In this document: one piece after another, positions 56,683-64,000 of the stretch
How positions within the stretch are numbered: the stretch's first letter is position 1
Layout of the letters: every line of letters starts with the position of its first letter
Source of the DNA: the human T2T-CHM13v2.0 reference genome, Homo sapiens
NCBI RefSeq assembly: GCF_009914755.1
Contig: NC_060930.1
Reading direction: 5' to 3' (one strand)
DNA: 64,000 nucleotides
The notes under the pieces: model-generated
The model's input: the letters and a program-made list of their open reading frames with translations, nothing else
Databases searched by the model: none
What the model was told of the DNA's origin: nothing
Made by a program: the position numbers and the translations under genes

Positions 56683-57299
56683 ACAATGAGACCACATGGA
56701 CACAGGAAGGGGAACATCACACTCTGGGGACTGTTGTGGGGTTGGGGTGGGGGGAGGGATAGTATTGGGAGATATACCAAATGCTAGATGATGAGTTAGT
56801 GGGTGCAGCGCACCAGCATCACACATGTATACATATGTAACCTGCACATTGTGCACATGTACCCTAAAACTTAAAATATAATAATAATAAAAAAAAAGGA
56901 AAACAGTAAATTTTGTGGGATCACCTTGAGTCAAAAGTTTAGAATGAGTTAAAGAGTTTTTATATTCATTTAAGCAGAAACAGGCCAGATTATTGGTGGA
57001 TGGCTCTAGAGCAAGTGTTTGGCCATGATATTAGCGCTGGAAATGGAAAGGTAGATAAAGAATTAGGCTTCATACATGGAGAGAGGGTGGTGGTGGAGGA
57101 ATGGAATTTCTAGTTAATGGGAGAACTGGGTCTTGGGAAACTTGAAAATTGATTAGAATATTGAAAACAAATATTAGAACTCAGATAACATGTCAGGGGA
57201 ATTCTTTCACCTGGGAAAGGAAAGTTCCACATATTATCCATTTTATTTTATCCTTATCTTTATTCTTGTCATATACACTCTTCCACTTATACAGTGGAT

Positions 57300-57800
57300 C
57301 GTATTAATTTTGCTTTTGCAAACATTCTACCCCTGTATTTATTCTCCTTTTTTTCTACCTTAATGATATCTCCGTCTTCCCTGGATATTCCTATCAACAT
57401 TCAAAGTTTCAAACAAAATCTAGGATGTTTCAATATAATCAAAGCAAAAAACTTCCTTCGTCACTAGTCTGCGTCCAGATTCTACCACACTTCAATATTT
57501 TCCTTAATAGGATGAAACAAAGAAAGAACAACAACAAAAATGCAGCTCAAGAGTTGTTTAATTTCCAGTCCTCACTTCTCAACTTCCCATTTACTCTCTA
57601 GTGGTCCAGTTTCCACCCCCATTCCTGTCAAAAATTATTACTTCATGGACACCAGTGATTTCCATATTATCAAATACATAGGGTACTTCTGTCTTCATTT
57701 CCCTGTGCTTAGTAGTATCCAACACAGATGATCACTCACTCGGTATTGAAACTATTTTCTCTTTTGGCTTCTAAGACAGTATATTCTCTTGGCTATCCAT
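57300..57800 (+). mobile_element. L2 fragment
   Basis: ccagtttccacccc..caccagtgatttccatatt..acacagatgatcactc..ttggcttctaagaca..ctcttggctatcc. Confidence 0.65.
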
Positions 57801-58329
57801 GTAAAGAATAATTTTACTTTGGAATAAGTGAAGGAGATTACTAGATAGATGTCTTTTCAATGCAATACTGGATCTTCTGGGATTGTTTGGTTCTGTGGGG
57901 CTTCTGAGCTACTTTACAGTTGGGATTTATGGATAACTGAAAGCAATATAAATAATTCTTATCTGTAGACATGAAAATAAATTCTATATAATGGGGGATA
58001 CAATTCTCACCTTTACCTCCCTCCAAAATTGTATTTTGGGTCCATTTGTATATTTATTTTAACATTCCTTTCTTTACACCATATGTACTTTGACTTCTTT
58101 AGATTAGTTGTAACATCTGCATGAGTCTTTGTTGATTAATGAGTTAAATAAAATTTTATATGTATTTATTTTATGTCTACATAAGAGTGATAGTTCTAAC
58201 TTTTTACTTTTTAAAAATATTTTTTAACACACACTCTCCTTGATATGACTCTTCGATATGATCACAGCTTCTAGGTCTCGTTGGCTGGCTTCTACTTCTA
58301 CTGATAATTTTTGCTCTGTCTCTGTTTTT

Positions 58330-59675
58330 CTCTGTAAGTGATCTCATTCAGTGATCCTCAGTTTTCAGTCATATCTTTATGCTGATTATTCCCAATTATT
58401 TATTTATAGCCCTGACCTCTTACTTGAACTCCAGAATTATATATCTAATTCCTTATCATATATCCAGGTCTTATCAATATTTGCTCTTACAGGAAGCAAA
58501 TGGACCTCTTGATTTCTGTTCCCCTTTTATCCATAAAAAATGGCAACAATAATAAGCAATCCAATGAAAAGCAAACAACCTGCTTCTCTCCCATTTCCTC
58601 GTTTCAATAAATCAGTATCATAAACAATTGCTTAAGTAAGAAACTCAAGTACCCACATCACCTTATCCATCAATAAGCTTTGTCTTTTCTACTCTAAAGT
58701 ATCTCAAAATTGTTACTTGGTTTTGTTTTCCTTGTAACTACCATATCATCTCTTCCCTGGACCATACTAATAACAGTAGCTTCTGTTAATACTTTGTCTT
58801 GCTCATTACTTCTATTCTTGTCCTTTCATAGTCCTTTACTACCAAGCAGTCAGATGGATTTTTAAAACATAAATCTCATGAATTCACTTTAATACCCTTT
58901 AATACCTCCCAATTTCATTTGGACTAAATTTCAAATTCCTTATTTTGGTTTACATAGTTCTTTTTCTACCTTCTCAAATCATTTATCTTACTAACCTTTG
59001 TCTCATTTACTATATTCCAGCTATTCTGGATTTGTTTCTTTTCCTTGAATTATCACACATCTTTCCCACCTCTGGGACTTTACACTTGATTTTTCCTTTA
59101 TCTAAAATACATTCTATCTGACTTTTCATAAGTTTGACTCTTTCCTGTTTGAATCTGGAAAAAGCATCTTCAGATTCCAAACCACTCTCTTCAGAGAGGC
59201 CTCCTCTTACCCTACCTAAATGAGCCTCATGTCTTGTTACTTTCCATTATACTACTCAGTCTTTTTCTCAGGATTTATCACAAATCAAAATATCTTTCCT
59301 ATAATTTTAGAAGCTGACCTTAACTGTTCATAGTCTGCTCAATTCTGCCTTCCCCCTCCCCAATTCTATCCCTTACCCATAGAATGCCATACTCCAGGGA
59401 GGCAGGTAGGTGCCTGCCCTTCTCATTTTGTATTTCCTATACCCTGGATTCTCCCTGAATCATGAAAGATACTTAAAATACTATAAAAAGTGAATTAATA
59501 AATGAAGTACTAATCCTAAACTTTTGATGTAATTATTTGTTGATATCAACCTTCTTTCTCTGCTATAGGAGATGAAATGGAATGCAATTGCATTTACTTG
59601 CTATTGTATTCCACTAGTATCATGCCTGGTCCATAGTTGGTGCTCAATAAATATTTTTAAATAAATTAGTGAGCA
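58330..59675 (+). mobile_element. L2 (L2a-like) 3' region plus an extra L2 tail
   Basis: tatgctgattattcccaa..ttgaactccaga; ttttaaaacataaatc; cagagaggcct; catagttggtgctcaataaatattt. Confidence 0.75.
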
Positions 59676-59906
59676 AACTAAAAACAAAATCTCAAAGTCA
59701 GAACAGATTCTCAAATGCCACTTTACTGCCATAGACTGGCTGGCTTATTGTTTCATTATTGGGGGCTAAATAAATGCCAAATTCTGGGGTAGAACGGATT
59801 CTGAAGATGTGAAGAATTAGGTGTAGTAACTGGTTAGAGGAGAAGTTGAAAAACTGGCAGGCTGCAATACTACGTTTAGTTTCTAGGTCACCTTTTAATG
59901 TCTAGG

Positions 59907-62125
59907 TTTTTATTTTAACTTTTATTTTAGGTTCAGGAGTTCTTATGCAGGTTTGTTATATAAGTAAACTGCGTGTCTTGGGGGTTTGGTATACAGATTT
60001 TTTTTGTCACCCAATAAGCATAGTAATGAGTATATTAACTAATAGGTATTTTTTCTGATCTTCTTCGTTCTGCCACCCTCCAACCTCAATGTCTGCTGTT
60101 AGCCTGTGTCCATGTGTTCTCATTGTTTAGTTCCCACTTATAAGTGAGAACACGTGGTATTTGGTTTTCTGTTCCTGTGTTAGTTTGCTTAGGATAATGG
60201 CCTCCTGCTCCTTCCATGTTACTGCAACAACATGATCTCATTCTTTTCTATGGCTGCATAGTATTCTATAGTGTTATATATACCACATTGTCTTTTTCCA
60301 GTCTACCATTGATGGGTATTTAGGTTGATTTCATGTAGTTGCTATTGTGAATAGTGTTGTAATGAACATAGGCGTTCTTGTGTCTTTGTGACAGAATGAT
60401 TTATATTCCTTTGGTTGTATACCCAATAATGGGATTACTGGGTCCGATGATAATTCTGCTTTAAGTTCTTTGAGAAATCACCACACTGCTTCCATAATGA
60501 CTGAACTAATTTACACTGCTACTAGAAGTGTATAAGTTGTTCCCTTTTCTGCACAACGTTGCCAGCATTTGTTATTTTTTGATCTCAATACTAGCTATTC
60601 TGACTGATGTGAGATGGTATCTCATTGTGATTTTGATTTGCATTTTCTTAATATCAGTGATGTTGAGTATTTTTTTCATATGCTTGTTGGCCACATGCAT
60701 GTCTTCTTTTGAAAAGTGTCTGTTCATGTCCTTTGCCCACTTTTTAATGGGTTTGTCTTTTGCTTGCAAATTTGTTTCTTATAGATTGTGCATATTAGAC
60801 CTTTGTCAGATGGATAGTTTGCAAATAGTTTCTCCCATTCTGTAGGTTGTCTGTTTACTCTATTGATAGTTTCTTTTGCTGTGCAGTTGCTCTTTAGTTT
60901 AATTAGGTCCCATTTGTCAATTTGTGTTTTTGTTGCAATTGCTTTTGGCGTTTTCATCATTAAATCTTTGCCAGGTCCTATGTCTAGAGTGGTATTTCTT
61001 AGGTTATCTTCCAGGTCTTCATAGTTTTAGGCTTCACATTTAAGTCTTTAATTCATCTTGAGTTGATTTTTTATATATGGTGTATGAAAAAGGTTAGTTT
61101 CAATCTTCTGCATATGGCTAGCCAGTTATCCTAGAACTAGTTATCGAATAGGGAGTCTTTTCCCCATTGCTTATTTGTGTTAGCATTGTCAAAGATCAGA
61201 CGACTGAAGGTGTCTGGCCTTATTTCTGGGCTCTCCATTCTGTTCCATCGGTCTATGTGTGTGTTTTTGTACCATTATCATATTGTTTTGGTTACAGTAG
61301 CCTTGTAGTATAGTTTGACATTGGGTAATGTGATACCTCCACCTTCCTTCTTTTTGCTCAGGATTGCCTTGGCTATTTGAGCTTTTTTTTGTTTTATATG
61401 AATTTTATTTTTTTTAATTCTGTGAACAATGTCACTGGTAGTTTCATAGGAATAGCATTGAATCTGTACATTGCTTTGGATGGTATGGTCGTTTTAATAA
61501 TGATTCTTTCTATCCCTGAGCATGGAATGTTTTGCCATTTGTTTGTGTCATCTCTGATTTCTTTGAGTTTTTTGTAATTTTCATTGTGGAGATCTTTCAC
61601 CTCCCTGGTTAGCTGTATTCCTAGGTATTTTATTTTTTTCTGTAGCAATTGTGAATCAGATTGTGTTCCTGATTTGGCTCTTGGCTTGGGTGTTGTTGGC
61701 ACATAGGACTGCTACTGATTTTTGTACATTGATTTTGTGTCCTGCAACGTCGAAGTGGTTTATCAGATGATGAAGTTTTGGGCTGAAACTATGGGGTTGT
61801 CTAGGTATAAAAGCATATCTTCTGCAAACAGGGATAGTTTGAATTCTTGCCTCCTTATTTGAATGCCTTTTATTTCTTCCTCCTGACTGATTGCTCTGGC
61901 CAGGGCTTCCAGCACTGTGTTGAACAGGAGTGGTGGGAGAGGGCATCCTTGTCTTCTGCCAGTTTTCAAGGGGAAAGCTTCCAGCTTTTGCCCATTCACT
62001 GTGATGTTGGCTGTAGGTTTGTCATAATGACTCTTATGATTTTAAAGTATGTTCCTTCAATACCTAGTTTATTGAGAGATTTTAACATGAAGGGATGTTA
62101 AATATTATTGAAAGCCTTTTCTGCT
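59907..62125 (-). mobile_element. L1PA13-16-type, 5'-truncated
   Basis: 3' UTR ttttattttaggttcagg..gggggtttggtatacagat; minus-strand ORF2 peptides at 60572-60960 and 61394-61999. Confidence 0.9.
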
Positions 62126-64000
62126 TGATTTTTTGCCTATTTTAAAAATCAGATTATTTGTTTTCTTTTTATTAAATTGAATTCCTTATATATTTTGGAT
62201 ACTAACTCTTTATCAGATGTATAGTTTGCAAATATTTTCTCCCATGCCGTTAGTTGTTTCATCACTCTATTGCTTTCTTTGCTTTACAGAAACTTTTTAT
62301 TTTGATATAATGCCATTTATCTATTTTTGTTTTTGTTGCCTGTGCTTTTGAGGTCATCTTTAAAAAAGTCACTTCCCAGATCAGTGTCAAAGAGCTTTAC
62401 CTCTATGTTTCCTCCCAGTAGGTTCATAGTTCCTAGTCTTACATTTAAGTCTTGAATCCATTTTAAGTTGATTTTTGTATATGGTGGGAGATAAGAGTCT
62501 CTTATCTCTCTTTATTCTTTTTCATGTGGCTATCCAGTTTTCCCAACATCATTTATTAAAAATATTCCCCTATTTTCATTGTGTGTTCTTGGCACCTTTG
62601 TGGGAAATGTATTTGCTGTAAATGCATGTATTTGTGGACCCTCTATTCTGTTCCATTGGTCTATATGTCTGTTTTTATACCAGTAGCATGTTATTTTGGT
62701 TGCTAGAGCTTTGTAGTATATTTTGAAGTCAAGTAGTGTGATGCATCCAGACTTGTTCTTTGTGATAAAGATTATTTGGGCTATTAGAGGTCTTTTGTCA
62801 TTCTACATGAATTTTAAAATTGTTTTTCTACTTCTGTAAAAATTCATTGGAATTTAACTTGGAATTACATTCAATCTGTAGATTACTTTGGGTAATATGA
62901 ATAGTAACAGTATCATTCTTTCAATTCATGAAAACGGTATATTATTCTATTTATTTGTGTCTTGAACATTTCTTTCATTAGTGTTTTATAGTTTTCCATA
63001 TAGAGATCTTTTACCTCCTTAGTTAAATTTATTCCAAGGTATTTTTCGTAGCTATTGAAAATGGGATTTTTTTCTTTATTTCTTTCTCAGAAGTTTGCTA
63101 TTAGTGTCTAAAAATTCTATTGATTTTTGCATGTTGATTTTGTATACTCCATCTTTACTGAATTTGTTTATTAGATCTAACAGGTTTTTTTATTTTTTAA
63201 GCTGGACCCTCTAGGGTTTTCCACAAGATTATGTCATCTGCAAACATGTATAATTTAACTTCTTACTTTCCAATTTGTATGCCCTTTTCCTTTCTCTTGC
63301 CTAATTGCTCTGGCTAGGACTTCCAGTACTATCTTGAATAGAAGTGGTGAAAGTGGGCATCCCTGTCTTGTTCCAAATATTAGAGGAAAGCTTTCAGCTT
63401 TTCCCCATTCAGTATGATGATAGCACTGAAGTTGTTGTATATGGCCTTGCTGCATTGAGGTGCATTCCTACATACCTAATTTGCTGAGAAATATTTTTTT
63501 TTGTCATGAAGAGATATTGAGTTTTGTCAACTGCTTTTTCTACATCTATTTAAATAATCATATGCTTTTGTCCTTTCTTAATTTGAGGTATTATGTTCCT
63601 TGATTTGCAAATGTTGAACCATCTGTACAGCCCTGGGATGAATGCCACTTGACTATGGAAAATGACCTTTCTAATGTGCTATTTAATTTGTTTTGCTAGT
63701 ATTTTGTTAAAAATTTTTACATGTATGTTCATCAAGGATATTGGCCTTTAGTTATTTTTTTCTTTTGTATCCTCAACTGGTTTTGGTAACAGGGTAGTGT
63801 TGGCCTCCTAGAATGAGTTTGGAAGTATTTGCTTCTCTTCACTTTTTTGGAACAGTTTGAGAAGAATTGGTATCAGTTCTTTGAATGTTTGGTAGAACTC
63901 AGTAGTGCAGCCATCAGATCCTGAACTCTTCTTTGATGAAAGACTTTTTATTACTGATTTAGTTTTCTTAGTTATTTGTTCAGATTTTCCATTTCTTCAT
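62126..64000 (-). mobile_element. Older L1 (L1MA-type) ORF2 fragment running off the window
   Basis: Minus-strand [28 protein letters not shown] (63255-63455); repeats ORF2 regions already covered by the adjacent younger L1. Confidence 0.88.

Overview
AT-rich primate genomic DNA, most likely human or another great ape, judged from AluY/S/J, an L1PA3-type LINE, THE1, MER52 and MADE1. Roughly half or more is recognisable interspersed repeat. I see no CpG island, tRNA/rRNA, CRISPR array or identifiable intact protein-coding ORF; the longer ORFs in the track derive from L1, LTR or Alu sequence. Several + strand splice acceptors in non-repeat DNA (5044, 21145, 40345/40348, 39979) suggest the 3' end or introns of a + strand gene with alternative last exons, but I cannot name the gene. 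The best-supported unusual structures are mechanistic scars: (i) a ~120-bp, ~91% identical inverted repeat shared by two otherwise highly diverged, oppositely oriented L1ME copies and nested inside inverted Alus (29470-30294); (ii) a THE1 provirus whose two LTRs belong to different subfamily types; (iii) two L1s with twin-priming 5' inversions, one an L1PA3 retaining the ZNF93-target segment; (iv) a short L1 with an apparent 3' transduction; (v) several small template-switch inverted insertions. I found no convincing new biological system. Subfamily calls come from remembered consensus motifs, not database searches, and boundaries of old repeats are approximate.
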